DNA of 64,000 nt from Dehalococcoidales bacterium. Lineage in GTDB: Bacteria; Chloroflexota; Dehalococcoidia; Dehalococcoidales; Fen-1064. The notes beneath the pieces were generated by a model. That model made no database searches, was not told the origin of the DNA, and worked only from the letters and a program-made list of their open reading frames with translations. Location: NCBI GenBank assembly GCA_016783135.1, contig JADHXC010000008.1, forward strand, positions 309 through 64,308, read 5' to 3'. Of the stretch, positions 1 through 9,807 are shown in pieces; within the stretch, counting starts at the first letter, position 1, and the number at the start of each line of letters is the position of its first letter. A program made the position numbers and the translations under genes.

Positions 1-44
1 ACTGATACTGAAGGTGCTATCTCAGCCGTGGATGAGGCGAGAGT

Positions 45-2030
45 ATGTGGGGAAAAAGCAAGGCGGTCTTAATGGTACTGCTCACAGTAGGTATGGTAGT
101 TCCCAGCGGCGCAAGTTGTGTCGGTTGGGCATCAGGGCAGGTATCCACGTCCGACCCGGAGCCATTTATTACCGACCGCGTCGTCACGGTACGCATCGTC
201 ATGAGCGAAGAGGACTGGACTACCTGCCAACTCAACGCTCAGGCGGAGCAATATGTGCGCGCGGATTTCTGGTTCGACGGCGAACTCGTGCCGGATGTGG
301 CCATCAGGCCGAAAGGGAACTCATCGCTCCGGTCAGCCATCAGCTCCGGAAGCCCCCGCTTCAGCCTGAAGGTGGACTTCAACCTGTTCAATACCGCCCG
401 CACCTTCCGTGGCCTGAAGAAACTCAACTTCAACAACGGCTTCAGTGACCCCACGCTCATCCGGGAGACCCTGGCATATGAGCTGTTCGACCAGATGGGC
501 ATTCCCACCCCGCGAACGTCTTTTGTTGACCTCTGGATAAACGATACCCACCTGGGAGTGTACACGCAGGTTGAACAAATTGATAAGGCCTTCCTGGCAC
601 GTCACTTTACCCGCAACGATGGTAACCTGTACAAACCCGAGATGCTGTCAGCCCCTCTGAACTGGACGGAAGAAGACGTCCAGAAGCAACTGGCGAGACT
701 GGAAGCTACCGGTCAGGACGATACGGATGACAGCCCGGATGTCAACATAGGTGGCGGTAAGCTGAGGGACATCCTGGAAGCCCTTCAACCTGAAGAATAT
801 GCTGCCGATGGAGATTCTGTCCCTCCCGGTGCGCCAGATATGGCCCAGGGAGGCATTCCACAACCGGGTATTCCGGGAGAAGGTCTTCCCCGACAACCCC
901 TGCCGGGACAGGGAGCACTCCAACAACCGCAGCGTGACGGCCAACAGCAGCCCGCCGGACAACAGCGGGACTACATCGAGGCGGTGGGACTGAAGACGAA
1001 TGAGAACTCCGTTGACCACTCCGCCCTGTTTCGCTTCCTCGATGTCCTCAATAATGAGCCTGACAGTACCTTCCCTGCTGAGATTGAAAGGGTGCTAGAT
1101 GTGGATAATGTACTCCGATTCCTAGCCGTGTCAACGCTCACGGTGCACCTGGACAACTACCTCGGTATGGGACATAACTATTATCTCTATGAAGTCGATG
1201 GCAGGTTCGCCATAATTCCCTGGGACCTGAACATGGCCTTCGGTACGTTCAACTGCAGCATCGACCGCGAAGGCCTGGTCAACTTCTTTATAGATGAGCC
1301 TACCTGCGGGCCGATAGGCGAGCGCCCTCTGGTGCAGCGTTTGCTATCCCATCAGCCATACCTGGACACCTATCACCGGTACCTGGAAGAGATACTGGAG
1401 GGACCTTTCTCTGTGGAGACGATGAATGCTCGAATCGATGAGCTTGTCGACCTGATACGTCCGTATGTAGAGGCTGATGAACTCAAGTTCTTCTCCACCA
1501 CGGATTTTGAGCGCGCCATCACGGAGGACATGAGAGGGGCTACGCTGACGCCGGACAGACCGCAGGGAGACATGCCGCAGGGTCAGGCACCTCAAGAACA
1601 GGTACCACAGGGCAAAGCACCACCCATCGTTCCTCCTCTTTCACCGGAGAGCCTGGCTTGCCTCAGGAAGCAGATACCCTTGTCCACACTGCAGGAGCTG
1701 CGTATACGGCCGCCTACAGAGAAGGAAATAGAGGCACTTAGAGCATGCCTCAGCCAGGCCGAAATTCTGGCCGTCACGCAGGGCATCCTCAGGCAGGCCG
1801 GTGCGCTACCACAGGCCGTGGGGGTGCAGATGGGAGCACCCGCCGCCCTCGGACTGAAAACGTTTATTGCCGAGCGCGTTACTTCGGTGAGGCAGCAACT
1901 CGACGGGGAGAGGCCAAGCGCCGGAGACGGCAGCGGTAACGGTGGCAGCACTACAATGTTCAACCGGCAGGATGGGCTACCAGACAATGTCCTGCCCTGG
2001 GAACAACCCGCGAAAGGAGTCCGACCATAG
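45..2030 (+). CDS. CotH kinase-family protein, secreted, with Pro/Gln-rich low-complexity inserts
   Basis: 661-aa ORF. N-terminal hydrophobic signal (KAVLMVLLTVGMVVPSGA). CotH-like blocks NFNNGFSDPTLIRETLAYELF, DLWINDTHLGVYTQVEQIDK, NLYKPE and HNYYLYE. First gene of the conserved CotH-VTC-DUF4956 triad. Confidence 0.8.
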   Translation: MWGKSKAVLMVLLTVGMVVPSGASCVGWASGQVSTSDPEPFITDRVVTVRIVMSEEDWTTCQLNAQAEQYVRADFWFDGELVPDVAIRPKGNSSLRSAISSGSPRFSLKVDFNLFNTARTFRGLKKLNFNNGFSDPTLIRETLAYELFDQMGIPTPRTSFVDLWINDTHLGVYTQVEQIDKAFLARHFTRNDGNLYKPEMLSAPLNWTEEDVQKQLARLEATGQDDTDDSPDVNIGGGKLRDILEALQPEEYAADGDSVPPGAPDMAQGGIPQPGIPGEGLPRQPLPGQGALQQPQRDGQQQPAGQQRDYIEAVGLKTNENSVDHSALFRFLDVLNNEPDSTFPAEIERVLDVDNVLRFLAVSTLTVHLDNYLGMGHNYYLYEVDGRFAIIPWDLNMAFGTFNCSIDREGLVNFFIDEPTCGPIGERPLVQRLLSHQPYLDTYHRYLEEILEGPFSVETMNARIDELVDLIRPYVEADELKFFSTTDFERAITEDMRGATLTPDRPQGDMPQGQAPQEQVPQGKAPPIVPPLSPESLACLRKQIPLSTLQELRIRPPTEKEIEALRACLSQAEILAVTQGILRQAGALPQAVGVQMGAPAALGLKTFIAERVTSVRQQLDGERPSAGDGSGNGGSTTMFNRQDGLPDNVLPWEQPAKGVRP

Positions 2031-2812
2031 AACTGACACACGGAACAGAAGCAGTCGAAACAGCGCCCAGCGTAGTAGAGTCGGTAGAGAGAATCGAGCG
2101 GAAGTTCTTCATTCCACCACAGAAGAGCGCTTTAGCTTATATTCTGCTCCGCCAGGTCTGCCGCGCGGACAGGCAGTACCCGGCGGGACAGATTAACACC
2201 CTGTACTTTGATAGCCTGGACCTTGACCAGCACAACCGGTCAGCGTCCGGTGACTTCCGAAAAGACAAGGTCCGCATTCGCTGGTATGACCGTCTTGAGG
2301 ACTACCAGGGTGAGGTCCCGGTATTCCTTGAAGTAAAGACCAGGCGGGGTTTTGCCAGCTCTAAAAAACGACAGGGATTCGCAGTACCGGTACAAAAGCT
2401 GGAAACGGCAAACCTTGGTGCCGGGATTATCGACCGCGCCAGACTTGTGGAAACACTGGCCCGGCTGGGGCACTATCCAGAGAAGCCCCTCCGGCCGGTT
2501 ATCGTGATATCCTACTGGCGCTACCGCTTCACCGAGATGTTTACCGGGGTCCGGGTTTCATTCGATAGTAATATCCGTTCCACCATGGTGGCACGGGACC
2601 TGGGTACCAGGGAACGGGACCTTCCCCTGCGCGGCGGAGTAATCGAGGTCAAAGGCCCGTCTTTTGAATTACCTCCGGCTCTGAGGCACATGAAAATGCT
2701 TGATATCGACTGGAGTCGATTCTCCAAGTACAGTCACAGCATCGATGCTCACCTTCTACACCCGGGCATTCCGGGACGGCTATGGCCCCCGGGACGGGTT
2801 GTCCAGAGATAA
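2027..2812 (+). CDS. VTC-domain (polyphosphate-polymerase-like) protein; start codon uncertain
   Basis: Frame 2 is open from 1940. It translates to VERIERKFF...INTLYFDSLD...KVRIRWY...VFLEVKTRRG...GGVIEVKG, which is VTC/CYTH-like. The first ATG/GTG/TTG in frame is only at 2447. AAGGAG lies at 2014-2019, 7 nt before an in-frame ATA at 2027. Confidence 0.65.
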   Translation: MELTHGTEAVETAPSVVESVERIERKFFIPPQKSALAYILLRQVCRADRQYPAGQINTLYFDSLDLDQHNRSASGDFRKDKVRIRWYDRLEDYQGEVPVFLEVKTRRGFASSKKRQGFAVPVQKLETANLGAGIIDRARLVETLARLGHYPEKPLRPVIVISYWRYRFTEMFTGVRVSFDSNIRSTMVARDLGTRERDLPLRGGVIEVKGPSFELPPALRHMKMLDIDWSRFSKYSHSIDAHLLHPGIPGRLWPPGRVVQR

Positions 2813-2843
2813 CACAGGAACCTATTAAAAAGGAGGGCAGAAC

Positions 2844-3515
2844 TTGCAGGACGGATTCTTAAATTTCTTTGACGGTTTACAATCCCCGGTGAGTTTCGGG
2901 GACGCACTCATTGCCATCGGTTTTTCCCTGCTGGCTTCAATAATCGCATACCTGATGTACCAATTCTTCTATGGGTCACAGAATATCGGTGCCGGTGTGC
3001 ACCGGACGTTCATCATCGGCGGACCTGCCATCACCACGCTGTTCCTCGGTATACAGACCTCCATCCCACTCTCCCTGGGACTACTCGGGGCGCTCTCTTT
3101 CGTCCGCTTCCGCACGCCGGTCAAAGACCCTGCCGAGATTGGCTTTCTTCTCCTCTTGATAGCATCGTCAATAGGAGCCGCCACAGGCAACTTCCTGGTG
3201 ACCACCATTCTGTATGTCATAGTCTTCATAGCGCTGGGTGTCCAGTGGTTGACCAGGAACCGGTTCTCGCTCTTCCCCCAGGGGCACCTGATGATTGGCC
3301 TTGACCAGTCCGCCTATTCCGACATTGAAACCAGGATGAATAGCTTGCTGAATAACCGTCTCCGTGGGTTGAGGCTGGAGACGATGTCTGTCCTCGAAGA
3401 CCGCGTCAACCTCTACTACCAGTACCGCTCTCAGAGAGACTTCGACTGGACGGCTTTCACCAGCGAGCTTAACCAGGTTGCCGCCCCGGCCAAGGTTGAG
3501 GTCTTCATCGGCTGA
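2844..3515 (+). CDS. DUF4956-domain membrane protein
   Basis: 223 aa with a TTG start after AAAGGAGGG. N-terminal TM segments, then the FVRFRTPVKDPAEIGF block typical of DUF4956. Conserved partner of VTC/CotH genes. Confidence 0.7.
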   Translation: MQDGFLNFFDGLQSPVSFGDALIAIGFSLLASIIAYLMYQFFYGSQNIGAGVHRTFIIGGPAITTLFLGIQTSIPLSLGLLGALSFVRFRTPVKDPAEIGFLLLLIASSIGAATGNFLVTTILYVIVFIALGVQWLTRNRFSLFPQGHLMIGLDQSAYSDIETRMNSLLNNRLRGLRLETMSVLEDRVNLYYQYRSQRDFDWTAFTSELNQVAAPAKVEVFIG

Positions 3516-3517
3516 CT

Positions 3518-4975
3518 GTGCGTCCCGAGATGGAAGAGACGAAAAGCACCTACAAGTGGCTGGCGTTGCTGACGCTGTCCATTGGTACCTTCATGAGTAC
3601 CCTGGACGCCAGCATCGTCAATATCTCACTGCCCGAACTCACCGAGGTTTTCGATACAGAACCGTCGGTGGTACTCTGGGTAACCGTAGCCTACCTTCTG
3701 GTGAGTGTCGGCCTCATGCTCAGTATAGGCAAGCTCGGCGACCGCTTCGGAAGGAAGCGGGTCTACGTATCTGGGCTGGCCATCTTCACAGTGGGACTCA
3801 TACTTTGTGCCCTGTCGCAGAGCGTAGTCCAGCTCATCCTTGCCCGCGTCGTCCAGGCAATTGGCTCGGCAATGGTTATTGCCCTCGGTAACGCCATTAT
3901 CACTGCTGTCTTCCCCCCCGAAGAACGCGGCAAGGCCCTTGGTCTCATCGGTGCCGTAGTCTCGACCGGCCTGCTCAGCGGGCCAGTCATCGGCGGTCTC
4001 CTCCTCGACGCCCTTGACTGGAGGGCCATCTTCTACGTCAGGATTCCCGTGGGCATCATCGGCCTGGTCATGAGCTGGCTGTGGCTGCGGGAGCAGAAGG
4101 ACGAAGAGACCACAGCCAGGTTCGACTGGGGTGGCTCTGTCAGCTTCTTCGGAGGCCTTTCCTGCCTGCTCCTGTGCATCAACTTCGGAGGGAGAATGGG
4201 TTTCACCTCGATACCAGTCCTCTCGCTGGCCGCTGGTGCTGTGTTCCTGCTGACCTCGTTTCTCGTGTTCGAAAGAAAGGTGACTCAGCCAATACTGGCC
4301 CTGGGTCTCTTCCGCCGTCGCTCCTTTGCCACCGGTCTGGCCACCATGCTAATCATGTTCGTGGCCGGGGCCGCCAACACACTTCTCATGCCGTTCTACC
4401 TGCTGAACGGCATCGACCGCACCGCGTCACAGGCCGGACTGCTCCTCGCGGCAACATCGGCCACTTCCCTGCTGGTCGGTCCGGTGAGCGGTTGGCTTTC
4501 GGACAAGATAGGTTCGAGGATACTGTGCACCGCCGGCATGACACTTATCAGCGCCGCCCTCTTCCTGATGAGCAGGCTCAACATAGACTCAAGCACTTTC
4601 GACATATTGCTCAGATTGATTGTTCTGGGGATGGGACTGGGGATGTTCTCTTCCCCGAACAACAGCGCCGTGATGGGCTCGGTACCCAAGCAGAATCTGA
4701 GTACGGCTTCAGCGATGATTGCCACCACACGGCAGATAGGCATGTCCTGCGGCATAGCTATCGCGGGCGCGATGTTCACCGCACGCGAGTTGTTTCATTC
4801 CACCGCTCTCGTGGGAGAGAGCCTTGCGCCGGGTATGCTGGAGAGGCTCTCCCTGGTCAGTGCCTACCAGGACAGCTTCACCTACGCCGCCTTCTTCTGC
4901 GTCATCGGCATATTCGTGTCGCTGGTGCGTGGTAGCAGCCCATCACTCCCACCGTCCGTACCAGGTACCCGGTAG
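3518..4975 (+). CDS. MFS transporter, DHA2/EmrB-like (14-TMS type)
   Basis: 485 aa, many hydrophobic spans, MFS motif A-like GKLGDRFGRKRV. Starts 3 nt after the DUF4956 gene. Confidence 0.85.
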   Translation: MRPEMEETKSTYKWLALLTLSIGTFMSTLDASIVNISLPELTEVFDTEPSVVLWVTVAYLLVSVGLMLSIGKLGDRFGRKRVYVSGLAIFTVGLILCALSQSVVQLILARVVQAIGSAMVIALGNAIITAVFPPEERGKALGLIGAVVSTGLLSGPVIGGLLLDALDWRAIFYVRIPVGIIGLVMSWLWLREQKDEETTARFDWGGSVSFFGGLSCLLLCINFGGRMGFTSIPVLSLAAGAVFLLTSFLVFERKVTQPILALGLFRRRSFATGLATMLIMFVAGAANTLLMPFYLLNGIDRTASQAGLLLAATSATSLLVGPVSGWLSDKIGSRILCTAGMTLISAALFLMSRLNIDSSTFDILLRLIVLGMGLGMFSSPNNSAVMGSVPKQNLSTASAMIATTRQIGMSCGIAIAGAMFTARELFHSTALVGESLAPGMLERLSLVSAYQDSFTYAAFFCVIGIFVSLVRGSSPSLPPSVPGTR

Positions 4976-5111
4976 AACACAGCCGGACCCTCCTTGACAC
5001 TACGATGGGCACCGGCAATAATTGAAAGCCTGAGACCGGGGAAACGCTGTCTGTCAGCGGGGAATAATCGCGGGCAGGCATCTCCAGTCACGACCCTGTG
5101 AAAATGGCGGT

Positions 5112-5783
5112 ATGATGGAAGACCAGAAAGAGCTACAACTGATAAGTGCCCGGACCCGCAAGCTGGAGCGGGACCAGACCGAGGTGGTTATCACGACCTC
5201 CAACGGCAACATCCGGGGGATACTTCATCTCGCCAACGGCGACGGCGGCGTAATCTGGGTCTGCGGAGCGCTAGGTGGACTTGACGGTCCCTCCTTCGGC
5301 ATCTTTCGGACAATGAGCGAAGAACTGGTCAACGAGGGCCTTACTTCATTCCGGCTGGACTACCGCTTCCCCGGTAACCTCGAATCCTGCATCACTGACG
5401 TGGTCGCCGGAGCTTACTACCTCGGTGAACTGGACGTGGAGAGAGTGGCCCTGGTCGGTCACTCCTTTGGGGGAGCAGTGGCCATCCAGGCAGGCATAGT
5501 GAGCGCCAGGGTGAAGGCGGTAGTGGGACTATCCAGCCAGACCTACGGTGCAACCGGGGTGGAGCAGCTGGCCCCGAAACCGCTCCTGCTCATCCACGGG
5601 GAACGCGACCGAAACCTGTCGGTAGACTGCTCACGCCATATCTACCAGTGGGCCAGAGAGCCAAAAGAACTCATCATCTACAGGAACAACGGCCACTTCC
5701 TGCGCGAGTGCCACGAAGAGCTCAAGACTTTGCTCAAGAAGTGGCTGGTGGAGAAGGTGGGGACGAGACAGGGCAAACCCTAG
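5112..5783 (+). CDS. alpha/beta hydrolase (dienelactone-hydrolase-like)
   Basis: 223 aa. Nucleophile elbow VGHSFGG, later IHGERD and NNGHF (Ser-Asp-His order). Confidence 0.75.
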   Translation: MMEDQKELQLISARTRKLERDQTEVVITTSNGNIRGILHLANGDGGVIWVCGALGGLDGPSFGIFRTMSEELVNEGLTSFRLDYRFPGNLESCITDVVAGAYYLGELDVERVALVGHSFGGAVAIQAGIVSARVKAVVGLSSQTYGATGVEQLAPKPLLLIHGERDRNLSVDCSRHIYQWAREPKELIIYRNNGHFLRECHEELKTLLKKWLVEKVGTRQGKP

Positions 5784-5830
5784 CACTGGCATTCCGTCTC
5801 AATTGATACGAGAAATGGCTCTCTTACCCC

Positions 5831-5859
5831 TTGACATAGAACAATTGTTCTGGTATAGT
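5831..5859 (+). promoter_or_regulatory. sigma70-type promoter with a LexA (GAAC-N4-GTTC) box in the spacer
   Basis: TTGACA (5831-5836), 17 nt, TATAGT (5854-5859). The spacer holds the perfect 14-bp palindrome AGAACAATTGTTCT (5838-5851). Confidence 0.6.
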
Positions 5860-5887
5860 GGTGATTACCCCTCCTTGGAGACCCGTG

Positions 5888-6136
5888 ATGGCAAAGCTCA
5901 TTGGTGAACCTATCAGAACCCACGCCGGCAGGGACTCACTCCCTACCGCCTTCATCTGGCGGAAACGCCTCTACAGGGTGGTCGAGGTTCTTAACCGGTG
6001 GCGAGAACCGGCCGACTGGTGGGACGAGAAGCAGGTACGCTTCTTTGTCGGCGTCAACGCCCGGAACTCCACTGAAGGCACCTGCGAGCTTTGCCAGTTC
6101 GGGGATAGCTGGTTCCTGCAACGAATTCTTGACTGA
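5888..6136 (+). CDS. small conserved hypothetical protein (DUF6504-like by recollection), putatively SOS-regulated
   Basis: 82 aa from the ATG after GGAGA. Motifs FIWRKRLYRVVEVLNRWREPADWWDE and SWFLQRILD. Lies directly downstream of the LexA-box promoter. Confidence 0.5.
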   Translation: MAKLIGEPIRTHAGRDSLPTAFIWRKRLYRVVEVLNRWREPADWWDEKQVRFFVGVNARNSTEGTCELCQFGDSWFLQRILD

Positions 6137-6395
6137 GAGTGTGCTGAAAAACCCTTTTGATCAACCCCACTATATCCGGGGGACACCCCTCTAGCACTCT
6201 CCGGGATAATTCCCCGGTATTCTTCACATCACTCCTTTCCGCTCAGAACGACAATAGTAACACTATCATAGTCTCACCCTTCTGTCTAAATGAGAGCAAT
6301 AGGGTTTGAGCACATAACTACGCAAGGTTTATCTCCGATTACGCACGATAATTACCAGTCCCGCCGAACCGGATAAAACCGAGCCTGTAAAAGAG

Positions 6396-6424
6396 TTGAC
6401 AAAGGTATCCCTCCGTGATAATAT
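6396..6424 (+). promoter_or_regulatory. sigma70-type promoter upstream of the oppD-like gene
   Basis: TTGACA (6396-6401), 17 nt, TAATAT (6419-6424), preceded by TGa (extended -10). Leaves a leader of about 150 nt before the ATG at 6579. Confidence 0.5.
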
Positions 6425-6578
6425 CGGCCATAAGTCAGGGTGTATGGCTTGTCCACGTTAGAGCACGTATAGTAAAGGAGGTCTGGCACAGGAATCTGGT
6501 TGCCCCCGTCTACACTGAGAAATACGCCAGGTGGTATTTATTGCCAGGGGGACTGATTTCTGGGTTGGTAGTGTCAAG

Positions 6579-7580
6579 ATGGCAACAACAACTGATGAGA
6601 GGATTCTCGACGTTAAGGAACTGAGGACCTATTTCTATACCCAGGAAGGAGAGGTTAAAGCCGTCGACGGCTTGTCCTACCATATCAATAAGGGAGAAAG
6701 CGTTGGTCTGGTAGGCGAGAGTGCCTGTGGTAAGAGCGTAAGCGCCCTTTCCATCCTGCGGCTTATTCCATACCCACCCGGTATCATAGTCGGTGGGGAA
6801 ATCTTCTTCCAGGGACAGGACCTGCTGAAAGCGTCCGAGTCAGATATGCGCCACATCAGGGGCAACCGCATTGCCATGATATTCCAGGAGCCGACCACTT
6901 CTCTGAACCCCGTTCTCACCGTGAAACGGCAGATATCCGAAGCCCTGGAACTCCACAGGGGTATGGACAAGGAAGCATCGTTTCATGAGACCGTCAGGCT
7001 GCTGAAGCTGGTGGGAATACCGGATGCGGAACAGCGTGCTCAGGACTATCCATTCCAGTTCTCCGGAGGGATGCAGCAGCGCATCATGATTGCTATGGCG
7101 CTTAGCTGCGACCCCGCACTGCTGATTGCCGACGAACCTACCACCTCAGTCGACGTTACCGTGCAGGCACAGTTGCTGGAGATACTCGCCGAACTGAGAG
7201 ACCGGCTGGGCACGGCCGTTTTAATTATCACGCACAACCTGGGAGTCGTCGCCCGCTATGTCGACCGGGTGCAGGTAATGTACGCCGGTAGACTGGTAGA
7301 GACCGCGCCCACTGACGAACTCTATTCTAATCCCAAGCATCCCTACACCATTGGTCTGCTGGCATCCGTTCCCAGACTGGACAGCGAACGGAAGAAGAGT
7401 CTCAGAGTCATAACCGGCCTCCCACCCAATCTCGCTCGGCTGCCCGGAGGCTGCGCCTTCCATCCGCGCTGCGAGTATGCCATGGACCGGTGCCGGGTAG
7501 AAGCACCCACACTTGAAAAGATTAGCGAAAACCACCTGCGGGCCTGCTTCTATGACGCTGATAAGCTGAAAAAGTACTAA
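6579..7580 (+). CDS. oppD: oligopeptide/dipeptide ABC transporter ATP-binding protein (OppD/DppD type)
   Basis: Walker A GESACGKS, signature FSGGMQQR, Walker B LIADEPT, C-terminal oligo_HPY block [11 protein letters not shown]. Start taken at [10 protein letters not shown] rather than the ORF-track 6531. Confidence 0.85.
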   Translation: MATTTDERILDVKELRTYFYTQEGEVKAVDGLSYHINKGESVGLVGESACGKSVSALSILRLIPYPPGIIVGGEIFFQGQDLLKASESDMRHIRGNRIAMIFQEPTTSLNPVLTVKRQISEALELHRGMDKEASFHETVRLLKLVGIPDAEQRAQDYPFQFSGGMQQRIMIAMALSCDPALLIADEPTTSVDVTVQAQLLEILAELRDRLGTAVLIITHNLGVVARYVDRVQVMYAGRLVETAPTDELYSNPKHPYTIGLLASVPRLDSERKKSLRVITGLPPNLARLPGGCAFHPRCEYAMDRCRVEAPTLEKISENHLRACFYDADKLKKY

Positions 7581-7603
7581 GGACAAGTGAGGGCTCTCCG
7601 ATA

Positions 7604-8587
7604 ATGAGTAATGCTACTGAGAACCTAGTAGAAGTACAGGACCTGGTCATGTACTTCCCCGTAACAGCCGGCATCATGCAAAAAAGGGTGGCTGATGTCA
7701 AAGCCGTGGATGGTGTCTCCTTCTTCATCAAGAAGGGGGAAACCCTCGGCCTGGTAGGCGAAAGCGGCTGTGGCAAGACAACCACCGGACGCTGCATCCT
7801 GCAACTCTATGAGGGCATGAGGGGCAAGATTATCTTTGACGGCACTGAGCTCACCACGCTCAAGCGCGAGCAGATGAGGAGAATGCGTCGATACATGCAG
7901 TTGATTTTCCAGGACCCGTTTGCCTCACTCGACCCCCGTATGACTGCCGGCGAGATTATTGGTGAACCCCTGAAGGTCCACGGTCTGGCCAAAGGTCAGG
8001 AGTACCGGGACCAGGTCGCCGAGCTGTTCCGGATGGTGGAACTCGAGCCTTTCATGGCGGACCGCTACCCGCACGAGTTCAGCGGCGGCCAACGGCAACG
8101 CATCGGCATCGCCCGGGCTCTTGCCGTGAGGCCCGCCTTCATTGTATGCGATGAGCCCGTATCAGCCCTGGACGTTTCCATCCAGGCCCAGGTTATAATC
8201 CTCCTGGAAAGACTCCGGGATGAACTGAATCTGACTTACCTTTTTATTGCTCATGACCTTTCCGTAGTACGCAATATCAGTGACCGAGTGGCCGTGATGT
8301 ATCTTGGTAAAATCGTTGAAATCACGCATGCTGACGAGATATATGCCAATCCGCTCCATCCCTACACCATAGCGCTGCTTTCAGCGGTCCCGATACCTGA
8401 CCCGGCGGTTGACCGTACCCGGGAGCGGATTATTCTGACTGGTGATGTACCCAGCCCAATCAATCCCCCCCGCGGCTGTAACTTCAACCCCAGATGTGCA
8501 CAGGCATTGGATATCTGCAGGGAAGAGACGCCGGAGTTGAGGAACATCGGTGGGGAGCATTGGGTGGCATGTCATCTGGTGAAGTAG
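7604..8587 (+). CDS. oppF: oligopeptide/dipeptide ABC transporter ATP-binding protein (OppF/DppF type)
   Basis: Walker A GESGCGKT, signature FSGGQRQR, Walker [19 protein letters not shown] block. Confidence 0.85.
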   Translation: MSNATENLVEVQDLVMYFPVTAGIMQKRVADVKAVDGVSFFIKKGETLGLVGESGCGKTTTGRCILQLYEGMRGKIIFDGTELTTLKREQMRRMRRYMQLIFQDPFASLDPRMTAGEIIGEPLKVHGLAKGQEYRDQVAELFRMVELEPFMADRYPHEFSGGQRQRIGIARALAVRPAFIVCDEPVSALDVSIQAQVIILLERLRDELNLTYLFIAHDLSVVRNISDRVAVMYLGKIVEITHADEIYANPLHPYTIALLSAVPIPDPAVDRTRERIILTGDVPSPINPPRGCNFNPRCAQALDICREETPELRNIGGEHWVACHLVK

Positions 8588-8729
8588 ACACCTGTTTCCC
8601 GGTCACCAGCGGGATACCGGCCACATAATGCACGGGTGGTCTGTGCGTTTCCGATTCACTTCCGGATATGGAATGTAGATGTTCTGTGTTGCTAAGTAAT
8701 CCAGGCCAATATTTTTGAGTAGAGAGGTT

Positions 8730-9758
8730 ATGTCGCAATCAACCAGAAGACCCCGCGGCAAAAGACCGGTAGCGAGTACCCCGGAGTCAGCAGTAGAAGA
8801 GAAACGACCTTCGCAGAGAAGGACGCGCTTAATTCTGGGTGCGGTAGTGCTCTGTGTTCTGGGTCTAGCCATCGGCATAGGTTATTACGTCATCTACGTA
8901 ATGCCACTTCAGCACACCATAATCAAGGTGAACGATGCCGAAATCGACATCGACTACTTTATCCGAAGAATGCTCATTGCCGGCCCCACAGATGACGTTT
9001 TCACAATGATTGAGACCATTACCAATGAGGAGCTAATTAGACAAGGGGCACCTCGCTACGGTATCGAGGTCACTGACGATGAACTCATGGCAGAGCTAAG
9101 AAACAGTGCCCGGGGTGAAAACGAGACCATCTCTGAGACCGAGTTCCAGTCCTGGTATCGTGACCAGCGTAACGAGAGCGGGCTGTCTGAAGCCGAATTC
9201 AAAGACCTCGCTCGCACCTCAATAATGGGATTTCACCTCCAGCAGTTCTTTGCCGAAAGAGTATCTACGATAGCCGAACAGGTGCACCTTCACTACATCA
9301 TGTTCTCGACATATGAAGATGCCCTTGAGGCGACGGTTCGACTGGAAGACGGGGAGAACTTTGCTGACCTGGCGCGTGAACTCTCTATCGATGAAGCATC
9401 CGCAGAACTGGGCGGTGACATGGGCTGGTGGCCTCTTGATGCCATGGGGATTCAGTATGGTACGACGTTCCTCACACCACCAGATTGGATGTTTGACCTC
9501 GGTATCGGCCAGGTTAGCAGCCCGGCAATGATGGACCAGGAGAGTATGATGTTTGCCGTCTTCATGGTCTCGGAACGGGCGACTGCCAGGGATATCGATG
9601 AGGACTTGCTGGAAGTAGTAAAGAGTCGGCAGATCGAGATGTGGTTGAATAATGAAATGTCCATCCAGACGATTACACTCCATGGCCGCAACAACGGCTT
9701 TGATTCCGAGACCCACGCCTGGATATCATGGCAGCTATCAAGAAGACAAAGTCAGTAG
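8730..9758 (+). CDS. membrane-anchored parvulin-type peptidyl-prolyl isomerase (SurA/PrsA-like)
   Basis: N-terminal basic region plus a TM segment (LILGAVVLCVLGLAIGIGYYVIYV). PpiC block FADLARELSIDEASAELGGDMGWW. ATG at 8730 follows GAGAGG. Confidence 0.7.
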   Translation: MSQSTRRPRGKRPVASTPESAVEEKRPSQRRTRLILGAVVLCVLGLAIGIGYYVIYVMPLQHTIIKVNDAEIDIDYFIRRMLIAGPTDDVFTMIETITNEELIRQGAPRYGIEVTDDELMAELRNSARGENETISETEFQSWYRDQRNESGLSEAEFKDLARTSIMGFHLQQFFAERVSTIAEQVHLHYIMFSTYEDALEATVRLEDGENFADLARELSIDEASAELGGDMGWWPLDAMGIQYGTTFLTPPDWMFDLGIGQVSSPAMMDQESMMFAVFMVSERATARDIDEDLLEVVKSRQIEMWLNNEMSIQTITLHGRNNGFDSETHAWISWQLSRRQSQ

Positions 9759-9807
9759 CCGGCCGGAGGCTTCCCAGATCGGGCCGACTAGTCAGGTGGT
9801 AGAGTAA

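Noticed and set aside
1940-2030. Programmed -1 frameshift fusing CotH (frame 3) to the VTC frame (frame 2) across their 91-nt overlap.
   Set aside because: No X-XXY-YYZ slippery heptamer is present in the CotH frame in this interval. CotH and VTC are normally separate proteins. SD-positioned non-canonical initiation is the simpler reading.
6415-6624. 69-aa ORF in the oppD leader, and the short CTG-initiated reading frame after AAAGGAGG at 6473-6480.
   Set aside because: The 69-aa ORF overlaps the oppD start in another frame and begins inside the promoter. The short frame has no canonical start codon. No support for coding.
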